From a virus (taxonomy: Duplodnaviria > Caudoviricetes), in IMG/VR virus record IMGVR_UViG_3300033074_001927, positions 1 to 64,000 of that record: a DNA stretch of 64,000 nt; one strand, given 5' to 3'. A program made the position numbers and the translations under genes. Numbering within the stretch: position 1 is the stretch's first letter; every line of letters starts with the position of its first letter. This document shows positions 9,205 to 17,777 of the stretch, piece after piece. Below the pieces are notes generated by a model. It did not search any database. It was not told the origin of the DNA and worked only from the letters and a program-made list of their open reading frames with translations.

Positions 9205-9501
9205 ATGCCTTATGGAATAAGAAAACATCCAGCTCAGTATGTTACAAAAGAAAATATGGTATATTTTGGCGCAATCATACCGGACAGCGCCATTATTAAC
9301 GATCCGTACGACATTCAATGGTATGTAATGGCTCCATCTCTGGACATGATGTATGAGCATCATGCATTTCCGTGGTTTCATCGTGATTACATTGTATACA
9401 TTAAAGACTGTGTGTGTAAAACACAAGACCTTCTTATAAGAGGTTGTAAGTGCGGCTCTTACGAAGCTGAAAGGAAATTTAAGTCCGAATGGAAGAATTG
9501 A
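9205..9501 (+). CDS. Hypothetical protein
   Basis: ORF track 9172-9501; ATG 9205 is the more plausible start; C-terminal CVC..GCKCG. Confidence 0.65.
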   Translation: MPYGIRKHPAQYVTKENMVYFGAIIPDSAIINDPYDIQWYVMAPSLDMMYEHHAFPWFHRDYIVYIKDCVCKTQDLLIRGCKCGSYEAERKFKSEWKN

Positions 9502-9647
9502 AATGCAAATTTTGCCAAGACGAAAAATACGTATGTATAATTTGTTTTCGTCCAGAATGGAATTGTGAGTGCGAAGATGACACGGGGCGTTACCAAGATC
9601 CAGAACTTACACGATGTCCAGAATGTATTGACTACTCCAACAGATAG
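9498..9647 (+). CDS. Small double zinc-finger protein, 49 aa, TTG start, not in ORF track
   Basis: MKCKFCQDEKYVCIICFRPEWNCECEDDTGRYQDPELTRCPECIDYSNR: CxxC, CxxC, CxC, CxxC; TTGA overlap with upstream stop. Confidence 0.65.
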   Translation: MKCKFCQDEKYVCIICFRPEWNCECEDDTGRYQDPELTRCPECIDYSNR

Positions 9648-10155
9648 GAGAAATGTGGCCGATTTTTACAAATATTGGGCCACTGACGCAATACGGGCAC
9701 GCCTTGACTCACTGCGTCATGAATTTGCCGTGCTGTGCCAAAATATAGAAGGTGACTTTAATATTGGGTCGGTTATACGTAACTGTAACGCATTCCTTGC
9801 ATCCTCCATTTATTATTGGGGCAACAAGAGATGGAATAGACGCGGCACCGTTGGCACGCATATTTACGAAAATATCAAATTTATTGATAGTGAAGCAAAT
9901 CTTCAATCATTATTTGAGCAGTATGCGCCAGTTTGCATCGACAATGTTGACGGCGCAATAAACATCTTTGATTACGAATGGCCCAAAAACCCTCTCATGA
10001 TATTTGGAGAAGAATGTGCTGGTATTCAAAAATCTATATTGGACAAAAATTTCCCTATTGTATACATTCCTCAATATGGCTCCGTGCGATCACTAAATGT
10101 AGGATGTGCAAGCGCCATAGCAATGGCAGATTGGTGTAGAAAGAACAAATCTTGA
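9565..10155 (+). CDS. SpoU/TrmH-family (SPOUT) RNA 2'-O-methyltransferase
   Basis: NIEGDFNIGSVIRNCNAF, IFGEECAGI, VYIPQYGSVRSLNVGCASAI; true start probably later (TTG 9628 or GTG 9655). Confidence 0.9.
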   Translation: MSAKMTRGVTKIQNLHDVQNVLTTPTDRRNVADFYKYWATDAIRARLDSLRHEFAVLCQNIEGDFNIGSVIRNCNAFLASSIYYWGNKRWNRRGTVGTHIYENIKFIDSEANLQSLFEQYAPVCIDNVDGAINIFDYEWPKNPLMIFGEECAGIQKSILDKNFPIVYIPQYGSVRSLNVGCASAIAMADWCRKNKS

Positions 10156-10403
10156 AGCTGTTCTTAACTTCTATAAAAAGCGATGTATGCCACACATTCT
10201 CGCTAGCCATAAAAAATAACGAAGTCATTGTGTCAACTCCTGACGAAACAGAAATGTGGAAGTTGCACATTCAGCCAGACGATTTTACGGCAGCCAAAAG
10301 GCCCGGACTTAGCTTTTGCATACATGTTTTTGACGCCTTCGACGGAGAGATATTAACCTCAATATATAAGGACGCCAGAACATGGATGACCCAAGAAAGC
10401 TAA
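10152..10403 (+). CDS. Hypothetical protein
   Basis: TTGA overlap with upstream stop. Confidence 0.55.
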   Translation: MKLFLTSIKSDVCHTFSLAIKNNEVIVSTPDETEMWKLHIQPDDFTAAKRPGLSFCIHVFDAFDGEILTSIYKDARTWMTQES

Positions 10404-10612
10404 TAAGTCAGGCCGAAAACATGATGATTGACTTAATTGAAGTCGGCCCAAAAGAACGCAATAAACAGGCGGCTCAAATACAATACTTGAGCAAAGAGTT
10501 AACAGAAGCAATGTGTTCTGTCCTTGGACACAAGCTAGTATGTGGCCTTAGAAAAAAGAAAAAGATAAAGCTGCTCTGTCATTTTTGTCAGGCAGATCTT
10601 ACATATGCATAG
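10382..10612 (+). CDS. Hypothetical protein with C-terminal C/H metal-binding pattern
   Basis: CSVLGH...C...CHFC. Confidence 0.65.
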   Translation: MDDPRKLISQAENMMIDLIEVGPKERNKQAAQIQYLSKELTEAMCSVLGHKLVCGLRKKKKIKLLCHFCQADLTYA

Positions 10613-10628
10613 AAAAGAGAAATAAAAT

Positions 10629-10838
10629 ATGGCAGACCTTACGCTAATTGATGTTAGTAATAAAGAGCAGGTATATGAATTTGTAACATGGCTTGGAAAG
10701 CAACAAAAATTTCCCTTTGAAATATATATGAATGGCATAACATATGGATTTCGGGAGCCGCTACATAAGGAATTTTTTCTAATAGGTTTCTTTTCAGCCG
10801 TAGAAATCTTAGACAAGCTCGGCGAGGAAATGCAATGA
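10629..10838 (+). CDS. Hypothetical protein
   Basis: Packed in operon. Confidence 0.65.
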   Translation: MADLTLIDVSNKEQVYEFVTWLGKQQKFPFEIYMNGITYGFREPLHKEFFLIGFFSAVEILDKLGEEMQ

Positions 10839-10921
10839 CGCCTGAAAGCGTGCTGCTTATAGTCTTTATAATTATAGCCACATCTTGGCTTTTCTCAGAA
10901 CTGATGTTTAAGCTCAAATGA
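10835..10921 (+). CDS. Small membrane peptide, 28 aa, not in ORF track
   Basis: MTPESVLLIVFIIIATSWLFSELMFKLK; ATGA overlaps at both ends; GAGGA SD. Confidence 0.55.
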   Translation: MTPESVLLIVFIIIATSWLFSELMFKLK

Positions 10922-11115
10922 ATAACAGATACTATGTGGTCCTAAATCACACACAACTATCAAGAGTATTTAATGATAAATGGACGGAACTAATAGACGG
11001 ATGCCATTTTAACGGTTACCCAATCATAGATAGAAAAAAGGACACTGACATATTGTTTATTAAAAAACTAGACTCAATAAGACTTGGAAAAGCAGAAGGC
11101 GATATAAATGTATAA
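10918..11115 (+). CDS. Hypothetical protein
   Basis: ATGA coupling. Confidence 0.6.
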   Translation: MNNRYYVVLNHTQLSRVFNDKWTELIDGCHFNGYPIIDRKKDTDILFIKKLDSIRLGKAEGDINV

Positions 11116-11365
11116 GACAGTAAATGTGCAATTAACTATTTCTCAACGAATAATAAATTCAGTAGTAATTGGATTTTCTAGTTTTTTTGGCGGCATCCTG
11201 CTGTCGCTTATATCTCCAATTCTTGCAATGCAAGAGTTTTTCGTAAAAGAAAAGCTAATGATGGTAGCAGACATCAAAGATTTAGGCAGTCTGCCTAAAC
11301 AAGACGGATCATCACCGTTGGATGGTGATGAATGGAAGCGAGACCATGATGAGCTGTATGGGTAG
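11108..11365 (+). CDS. Hypothetical membrane protein
   Basis: One hydrophobic segment (VVIGFSSFFGGILLSLISPILA). Confidence 0.65.
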   Translation: MYKTVNVQLTISQRIINSVVIGFSSFFGGILLSLISPILAMQEFFVKEKLMMVADIKDLGSLPKQDGSSPLDGDEWKRDHDELYG

Positions 11366-11373
11366 GGTGTATT

Positions 11374-11571
11374 ATGAAAGATGTAAAGCTGGAAATAAAT
11401 GAACTTATACAAAAAATGTCAGAAGCCCAACTAGACTTTGAAAGAGTACAGTTAAACTATCTTAACGAGACAAGGAGGCTAAAGTCCATAGTAGACGAGC
11501 TAAACAGTAAACTATCAACACTAACCTCTCTTCCAACCATTACTGTTGGAGACTTTGAAATAGATGGATAA
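11374..11571 (+). CDS. Small coiled-coil protein
   Basis: Heptad-like Leu/Ile pattern. Confidence 0.65.
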   Translation: MKDVKLEINELIQKMSEAQLDFERVQLNYLNETRRLKSIVDELNSKLSTLTSLPTITVGDFEIDG

Positions 11572-11923
11572 CATGGCGCTAAACGAAAATCATAAAAAGA
11601 AAATAATAGAAGCTCTTGAAACAATAGATGTGTGCCTGCAGGAGCTAGAAGAGTGCCCAACCGACATAAGAGCACTAGATCTTCTTAGCGTAGTCATAAG
11701 CCTGCTGCAGGAACAAGTAAACAACAACGTTGCATACGAAGACAGCGCTACTGTTAAATTTGCTGACGACCAAGTGCCAGATGACGATGATGCGGACGAA
11801 GACGCGCGCTTTATGGCACAAAATATACTTGGTGTCAAACTTGACGCAAACGATTTTAAGTTACTCAAAGAGAACGATGATATGCCGTCAACAAAAGATC
11901 TTGAGAACTGGTTTACGTTATAG
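11564..11923 (+). CDS. Acidic hypothetical protein
   Basis: Packed in operon; D/E-rich. Confidence 0.7.
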   Translation: MDNMALNENHKKKIIEALETIDVCLQELEECPTDIRALDLLSVVISLLQEQVNNNVAYEDSATVKFADDQVPDDDDADEDARFMAQNILGVKLDANDFKLLKENDDMPSTKDLENWFTL

Positions 11924-11926
11924 TGC

Positions 11927-12442
11927 ATGGTAAATCTACTAACGCTAGTGCTCAATAAAAATTGGCAGCCGCTAAAAAGCGTGTCGTGGAAAAAGGCATT
12001 TGTTCTAGTATATAGGGGTACTGCTGAAATACTTGAAAACTATTTTCACACAGTTAAAAGCGCTTCGCAGGAATGGTATATTCCATCGGTTATAAGACTA
12101 CTGTCATATTGTGGCTTTACAAAGGCGCACATAAAAGGAGTTAGATTTAGCAAGCGAGCCGTCGCACAACGAGACGGCTACACCTGCCAATATTGCGCAA
12201 AATTGCTGGATAAAAAAACAGCAACAATAGACCACGTCATACCTCGCTCGCTCGGTGGAAGGTCTACATTTGAAAATACCGTTGTAAGTTGCAAAAATTG
12301 CAATAGGGCAAAAGGAGATAAAAGACTAGAAGAAAGTGGCTTTAGGCTGTTAAACAAACCATATAAGCCCGACTGGACTCAATCTGTAGATATCGTAGAG
12401 GCATGGAGGCAATACCTCCCAAAGGGATTTAAATATGAATGA
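11927..12442 (+). CDS. HNH endonuclease (McrA-like)
   Basis: LVLNKNWQPL, PSVIRL, RDGYTCQYC, TIDHVIPRS.GG, CKNCN.AKGD. Confidence 0.93.
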   Translation: MVNLLTLVLNKNWQPLKSVSWKKAFVLVYRGTAEILENYFHTVKSASQEWYIPSVIRLLSYCGFTKAHIKGVRFSKRAVAQRDGYTCQYCAKLLDKKTATIDHVIPRSLGGRSTFENTVVSCKNCNRAKGDKRLEESGFRLLNKPYKPDWTQSVDIVEAWRQYLPKGFKYE

Positions 12443-12656
12443 ACATAGGATATTGTCGATACTATCGAATTATACGTCGCAGTCATGGACTGCAATGGCC
12501 GCTTTAGATATTGTTGAATATTTCAAGCAATGCCTTAAAGAATCCACGCTAGAAGCAGCACGCAATTCTACATGCAAATGCTCTTGCGGCAATAAACAAG
12601 CCGCTAAGCTTGGAGTAACAATGTTAGATGAAAATGGAAAGCCAAAGTCTGTATGA
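12435..12656 (+). CDS. Hypothetical protein
   Basis: Overlaps neighbours in operon fashion. Confidence 0.6.
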   Translation: MNEHRILSILSNYTSQSWTAMAALDIVEYFKQCLKESTLEAARNSTCKCSCGNKQAAKLGVTMLDENGKPKSV

Positions 12657-12907
12657 AAAAAGAAGTACAAATACAAGACCCGTATGCCCTATTACTTATT
12701 TCCTCTATCAAAACATCAGAGGAGCTACTTCGGGAAAAGGCCAGGGTGATAGAACTGCTATCAAATGAATTGAATAGTGAAAAGCAAAAGCTTTTTATTT
12801 ACATCAATAAATCTATGGGAATAGACAATTCTAAAACTCGCATGTCAATAAATAGCGATAAGAAAGTCGTTCATCTTGAAGACATTGAAGAAAAGCAAGA
12901 TGAATAG
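12653..12907 (+). CDS. Hypothetical protein
   Basis: ATGA coupling. Confidence 0.65.
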   Translation: MKKEVQIQDPYALLLISSIKTSEELLREKARVIELLSNELNSEKQKLFIYINKSMGIDNSKTRMSINSDKKVVHLEDIEEKQDE

Positions 12908-13797
12908 TGGCGCTTGGGTTATGCTGTCAGTGGCTAGATGATAAGAACAAAAATACGCTAGTTACAAAATCCCTCTTGTTTTCAAAAAGAAATTTTTACA
13001 GCAAGAGCAAATATTTAGAAACATATAGAGAAAATGTTGCCGCCTTGGCGACCTCTCTGCCCGCAATACTTGAATCCGGCATACGCGTATTCAGAATGTC
13101 TTCCGCCATTTTTCCGCTATGGGATGTTGCCGGCTTCGATCCGCTAGCTATTGCCGATATAAAGGACGCGCTAGCTGACATTGGGCAGGTGGCCGTGCGT
13201 AGCGGGCTGCGCATCACAATGCATCCTGGACAGTTCGTGTCACTGTCTAGTCAAAAGGAAGGCGTTGTGGCAAAATCAGTTAAAGAACTGGAATTTGCGG
13301 CAAGAATATTTTCGACTATGGGACTTGCCGCATCGCCATACTACGCCATCAACATACATGGGGCCGCAAAAGACGAGCGCAAACTAATATCTTCTCTACT
13401 ATCTGTAGACGAGTCGATAAGGTCAAGGCTGACACTAGAAAATTGCGAATATTCATGGTCAGTAAAGAAACTTATTCCCGTCAGCGCCACAACCGGCGTA
13501 CCAATAGTATTTGACACACATCATCATTCGCTAAATCCAGACGGCTTGTCAACAGAAGATGCTGGAGAGGCATGCAGGCAGACATGGGGCGGAATAAAAC
13601 CCTTAACGCATATATCGAATTCAATTCCTGGATGTAAAAATACAATAGGAGCTCTTCGTGCGCACAGTGATTTTATTTATGCAATACCACCGTGGCAGCT
13701 TGAGCTAAACAACAGCGATCTCATAGACGTAGAAGTCGAAGCAAAAATGAAAAATAAGGCCATATTTAGAATGGTTGAACTTGGAGCAAAACTTTAA
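12907..13797 (+). CDS. uvsE: UV DNA damage endonuclease UvsE/UVDE
   Basis: LGLCC, FRMSS.IFP, RITMHPGQF.SLSS, INIHG, RLTLEN, PIVFDTHHH, RAHSD, EVEAKMK. Confidence 0.93.
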   Translation: MALGLCCQWLDDKNKNTLVTKSLLFSKRNFYSKSKYLETYRENVAALATSLPAILESGIRVFRMSSAIFPLWDVAGFDPLAIADIKDALADIGQVAVRSGLRITMHPGQFVSLSSQKEGVVAKSVKELEFAARIFSTMGLAASPYYAINIHGAAKDERKLISSLLSVDESIRSRLTLENCEYSWSVKKLIPVSATTGVPIVFDTHHHSLNPDGLSTEDAGEACRQTWGGIKPLTHISNSIPGCKNTIGALRAHSDFIYAIPPWQLELNNSDLIDVEVEAKMKNKAIFRMVELGAKL

Positions 13798-14315
13798 TGC
13801 TTAAGATAATAAGTGGAGGACAGACAGGCGCCGATAGGGCTGGTCTTGACGCAGCGATAGTTATGGGCCTGCCTCATGGTGGCTGGTGCACAAAATTCAG
13901 AAGGGCCGAAGATGGCCCAATCCCCGCAAGTTATAATTTAATAGAGCTAGACAATCCAAGCTATCCAGCAAGAACAAAAAGAAACGTTCAAGCATGCAAC
14001 ATCGCAATAGTCTGGTTTACCAGATATAGCGCTGGGACAAAACTAACAGAGCGCTACTGTATAGAGAATAAGAAGCCTTATATTTTGGTCGATCTTAGTC
14101 GTCCAACATCATATGTTGATTTTAATGGCGTAGAGCTGTGTCAGTCTACTTATGCTGACTACAGAGATTCTATTGCTTCAATAATAGGCAGAATGCACGA
14201 CAAGGCCGGGAATCTAGTTATTAATGTGGCTGGAAATAGAGAGAGCGTCTCTCCTGGCATCTACAATCATGTATATAAAGATCTCATGTATGTATTTGGA
14301 GTTTTGATTAAATGA
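13797..14315 (+). CDS. SLOG-superfamily protein (putative molybdenum carrier family)
   Basis: KIISGGQTGADRAGLD.A, HGGWC...RRAEDG, Y..RT..NV, INVAGNRES. Confidence 0.9.
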   Translation: MLKIISGGQTGADRAGLDAAIVMGLPHGGWCTKFRRAEDGPIPASYNLIELDNPSYPARTKRNVQACNIAIVWFTRYSAGTKLTERYCIENKKPYILVDLSRPTSYVDFNGVELCQSTYADYRDSIASIIGRMHDKAGNLVINVAGNRESVSPGIYNHVYKDLMYVFGVLIK

Positions 14316-14812
14316 GTCAAATATTTATTTGGAACACAATCCTCGATAGAGGTCCATTATTACCGGTGCAAAATAACTATGAAAGATTCTTTAATTCTGC
14401 TCCACAGGATGTTGCAAGCGAGCTTGGGCTTGTTTGCTTCACGGGAAGGCCCAACCTTCTTTTAATAGACTTTGATCATCCAGCAGATGATTCAAGGAAT
14501 GAGCGAGATCTCAAGCTGAATATACTGTCGCAAAAAATTGCGCAAGTTAAAGATTACTTTTTTACAAGAAGTAAAAGCGGCAATCTACACGCCTATGTTA
14601 GATTGGCAAATAACGTTACTTTTGCCTCGTATATGAATGCCTTGTCAATGTGTGGATCAGATATGATGCGCAACGATATTGTGCGCAAAAAGGTAAAAAT
14701 GAACCCAAATATAGATCCATTTAGTCATGTTGCGCTATTTGAAACGCCAGAAGAGGCTAGACGGGTTCGAGAGTTTTTGGGCCAAAACAATGATGATACC
14801 ATCCTATGGTAA
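14312..14812 (+). CDS. Short AEP/primase-polymerase-like protein
   Basis: LLLIDFD (motif I DxD) and TRSKSGNLHAYV (motif II-like). Confidence 0.5.
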   Translation: MSQIFIWNTILDRGPLLPVQNNYERFFNSAPQDVASELGLVCFTGRPNLLLIDFDHPADDSRNERDLKLNILSQKIAQVKDYFFTRSKSGNLHAYVRLANNVTFASYMNALSMCGSDMMRNDIVRKKVKMNPNIDPFSHVALFETPEEARRVREFLGQNNDDTILW

Positions 14813-15303
14813 ATATCTATGCTATTGGCTCTGCGGAGTGGATATATGGCGCCTTTTTTTCTGAGCAAGAGGCTATATACTATAGCCGCTATTGTAATGG
14901 TAGCGCAGTATATAGGGTTTGCCTAGACAGCAAAAGGCCTGCGATGAAAACATACAGGCCAGATAGCTATGTAAAACCGCCACTTTTCTTTCTTCTATTT
15001 CCTCGTAACCCAAGCAACGCTTTCTTGCATATAGTAAGGGCAGACAACGAAGGTGTTCGTCCATACTATACTCTATCTGCGCATACCGCGGAACATTATG
15101 CCAACCAATTGTGGCAGGCTATTCTTGAGTGCCGAGGAGTTTTGCGCTCGGTAGAGGTAATCAAATTGCAAATGAACACTATTAATATTATATATGGAGG
15201 CATTGCTCTGTCTCCTGGTGCAGAACAAAACAGCTTGGCTGAATCGACAACCATTAGACGCAAGCTTGCAAAACCACATGACTATTCTATGGAGTATGCG
15301 TGA
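14806..15303 (+). CDS. Hypothetical protein
   Basis: Overlaps upstream stop. Confidence 0.65.
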   Translation: MVNIYAIGSAEWIYGAFFSEQEAIYYSRYCNGSAVYRVCLDSKRPAMKTYRPDSYVKPPLFFLLFPRNPSNAFLHIVRADNEGVRPYYTLSAHTAEHYANQLWQAILECRGVLRSVEVIKLQMNTINIIYGGIALSPGAEQNSLAESTTIRRKLAKPHDYSMEYA

Positions 15304-15422
15304 TGTCAAAAGAAGAACAAATTGGAATTCTTGTAATAATTTTTGGTATATCATTTATACTTGGGGCAAGTGTTGTAGCGATTGCTTTAACGCTCATTGG
15401 AAATGCGGCAGCCGGCAAATGA
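15303..15422 (+). CDS. Small membrane protein, 39 aa, not in ORF track
   Basis: TGATG coupling, GGAG SD; MSKEEQIGILVIIFGISFILGASVVAIALTLIGNAAAGK. Confidence 0.55.
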   Translation: MSKEEQIGILVIIFGISFILGASVVAIALTLIGNAAAGK

Positions 15423-15465
15423 TTTTGCTGGTGGCCGCAACGCGAATGAGACGCAATGAAACGAA

Positions 15466-15678
15466 TCAAATAAATGAGTTTTTTTCGTCGCTCCATTTAC
15501 GCCGCGCGATTATTTTCAAATCCATTTGTTCAATAAGACTGTTGGCGTTTACTTTGCTTAAGCATACAGCCAATCGCTGCTCTGTATCTCCATATTCTTT
15601 TTTCATAACATCATCGCTCATGCATCTTTGCACGAACTTATCTTTTTTTTCCCCGTCTCTTTGGCTTGGTATCGGCAT
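15466..15678 (-). CDS. Small hypothetical phage protein (MPIP...FVQRCM...EY....QRLAVC type)
   Basis: AAGGAGG SD; pattern I recall from large phages. Confidence 0.75.
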   Translation of the reverse strand: MPIPSQRDGEKKDKFVQRCMSDDVMKKEYGDTEQRLAVCLSKVNANSLIEQMDLKIIARRKWSDEKNSFI

Positions 15679-16204
15679 CTAACACCTCCTTGATGGTCAT
15701 TACTCTGTCGCATTTTGATTCAACATATCCAGCATATTTACGAGTTTCAAAAGCTTTTTTAATTGACTCTATATACCCGTTAGAGTCTTTTAGATGACTT
15801 CTCTTGTTCATCTTTATTCCAAGCTCACGCGCTTTTTGCAATGTACGCAGCTCTGCATCATATTCCATTAATAGAATTGCGCCTCTAGCCATCCGCAGTT
15901 GCTCGCGGCTAAACTCTTTTCCCTTTATCCAATCATCCAATATTGTCCATCCGTCTTTTGTTCCAGGCTCCTCCAGCTTCATCATATAGCCATCTTTCCA
16001 TTGTAAAAAATGGCAATATTCATGCAGCAACACATGAAGTGGATTATTTTTATCTCCCAACATAGCTACTGAAATATACGGACGACCACGTTTGTTCAAG
16101 TCAAACAGACCCGCACAATTTTGGCCAAGTAAAATTTTTTTGTTATATAACCTTACTGGACAGCCTTGTGACCTTACAAAGGCGGCCAGGGTTTTAACGT
16201 TCAT
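15638..16204 (-). CDS. Zincin-like metallopeptidase (HEXXH)
   Basis: VLLHEYCHFLQW with downstream EYDAE third ligand. Confidence 0.7.
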   Translation of the reverse strand: MNVKTLAAFVRSQGCPVRLYNKKILLGQNCAGLFDLNKRGRPYISVAMLGDKNNPLHVLLHEYCHFLQWKDGYMMKLEEPGTKDGWTILDDWIKGKEFSREQLRMARGAILLMEYDAELRTLQKARELGIKMNKRSHLKDSNGYIESIKKAFETRKYAGYVESKCDRVMTIKEVLDADTKPKRRGKKR

Positions 16205-16602
16205 TACTGTTGACCAAAATAATCTGGAGTTCTTGTTGTTTGAGGAACATATGTAAGCGGATCCAAATTAGACGGGGCGCGCCTATCATACAACACATAT
16301 GACGCCCTAACTCCAACATCTCCAGAAACAGATAGAGAAATGTAAAAGCCACTACCTGGTGATAGCTCGTGCCTGCTATCAAAACTGTCCCATACGATGG
16401 TTCCTGACGGCCCAATCGTCATGTCGAAGTAGGGGTCGCCTCCTTCATACATGTCCACATCCACAAACAGACCAGACCTCTCGTGCAGTGCAACGGAGGT
16501 TAGTGTTATTGAATGGCCTGCGACCGGCGCTATCACCTCTTGTGGAGTTACGCCAGTAACGCTGACTAGAACTTTTCTTACGCCTACAGGTCTTGGAAAC
16601 AT
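16204..16602 (-). CDS. Putative small virion protein (beta-rich)
   Basis: GGAG SD; alternating beta pattern; 4 SG dipeptides. Confidence 0.6.
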   Translation of the reverse strand: MFPRPVGVRKVLVSVTGVTPQEVIAPVAGHSITLTSVALHERSGLFVDVDMYEGGDPYFDMTIGPSGTIVWDSFDSRHELSPGSGFYISLSVSGDVGVRASYVLYDRRAPSNLDPLTYVPQTTRTPDYFGQQ

Positions 16603-16606
16603 TTAA

Positions 16607-16867
16607 CTACTCCGACGGAGGTTCGTTTTTGAAAAAGGCAGATTGTTCTGAATCGTCGGTAGATCTTGTTGTTTTTACTATTGTAGAATGAGTAAATGTG
16701 GTTTTTTGCAACTCATCAACAGCCTCCATGTCAGGAATCTCTGTTGGCGAATTATTAAATATGGTTGTTTCTTGACCGTCAACAGTAATGGATGTTGACT
16801 TTCCAAGTTTTCTTAATGAAACGCTATTTTGAACTATCTTAGACCCGTCTTCATTTCTCGAGCCCAT
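16607..16867 (-). CDS. Hypothetical protein
   Basis: TAATG coupling. Confidence 0.65.
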   Translation of the reverse strand: MGSRNEDGSKIVQNSVSLRKLGKSTSITVDGQETTIFNNSPTEIPDMEAVDELQKTTFTHSTIVKTTRSTDDSEQSAFFKNEPPSE

Positions 16868-17022
16868 TAGTTCACCACCAGCCTTACTGAAGTGTTGTCT
16901 TTTCTCTCTATCACAACACTTGCTAATGTGTCGCCAACAACAATCTTGTCGCCGTTATGAGAGACGGTTTTAGTGTTGGTGGCCTGTAGCTTTTTTGTTC
17001 CGTCAAAGTTATTTGACGCCAT
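16867..17022 (-). CDS. Small hypothetical protein, 51 aa, not in ORF track
   Basis: TAATG overlaps at both ends; MASNNFDGTKKLQATNTK...VRLVVN. Confidence 0.6.
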   Translation of the reverse strand: MASNNFDGTKKLQATNTKTVSHNGDKIVVGDTLASVVIERKDNTSVRLVVN

Positions 17023-17474
17023 TAGAGTGGAAACCCATCATCGTATACGCCACTATTTGGAATGCGTTGAACGACAGAATCATCAACGCTTTGCGACTCC
17101 TGTATAGAGTCGCCTGTGTGCTTATATCCAAGCTGTGGAATGTTTGGCTGTAGCGAGTCTGGCACAACAGCAATTGTCCTGTTGTCTCCAAGCTTTACCA
17201 TATTGTCTCTGGATGCGCCAACATCAGAAGCGACGCGCTCCATTGTAGAGCGCCCCATCAGGTAGGCGCCCCAAGCAAGGTCTTCGTAATATTCAACAGA
17301 ACCATCATCCCTAACTATAGAGCCAGATGTTATTGTGCGAGCAACGTCCGCCGTAACTATATTAGTTGCAACATCTGTCTCACTATCTGTTGCATTAATT
17401 ATTATTGACATCTTTCTATACGTGTTGCTATTTTTTGCAACAACAGGAATGCCCGTAGCAGCCAATGATCCCAT
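17022..17474 (-). CDS. Hypothetical protein (possible virion)
   Basis: AGGAGG SD. Confidence 0.7.
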   Translation of the reverse strand: MGSLAATGIPVVAKNSNTYRKMSIIINATDSETDVATNIVTADVARTITSGSIVRDDGSVEYYEDLAWGAYLMGRSTMERVASDVGASRDNMVKLGDNRTIAVVPDSLQPNIPQLGYKHTGDSIQESQSVDDSVVQRIPNSGVYDDGFPL

Positions 17475-17490
17475 CTATCCTCCTACAGGC

Positions 17491-17775
17491 CTATATATCA
17501 GACCTAAAAACATATTTATTTTCATCAACAACTTCTGATGGACCAAGACTACCACTGGCCCTAACGTCTACAACAGATAATTGTATTCCATCTATTTTTC
17601 TTGAATACTGCCAAGCAAGAGCCCCACTAGGAGTCGCGTTATCGGTAAATATTTGCCTATTTACGCTAGTGTCCGCAGTCCTTTCGGACAGAGACATTCC
17701 TTGGGTGTCTGGGCCAGTTCCATCTCCGCCCTTGCCAAAAACAGTTCCTTTTACTGGATAGTTAAGCATACTCAT
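17491..17775 (-). CDS. Hypothetical protein (possible virion)
   Basis: Packed in block. Confidence 0.65.
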   Translation of the reverse strand: MSMLNYPVKGTVFGKGGDGTGPDTQGMSLSERTADTSVNRQIFTDNATPSGALAWQYSRKIDGIQLSVVDVRASGSLGPSEVVDENKYVFRSDI

Positions 17776-17777
17776 AA

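Noticed and set aside
9512-9541. Sigma70-like promoter TTGCCA-18nt-TATAAT
   Set aside because: Lies within a convincing Cys-rich ORF and is explained by its codons; cannot be supported from sequence alone
15073-15682. ORFs 15073-15354, 15194-15682 and 15287-15496
   Set aside because: Overlap better-supported genes at a convergent junction; no recognisable motifs
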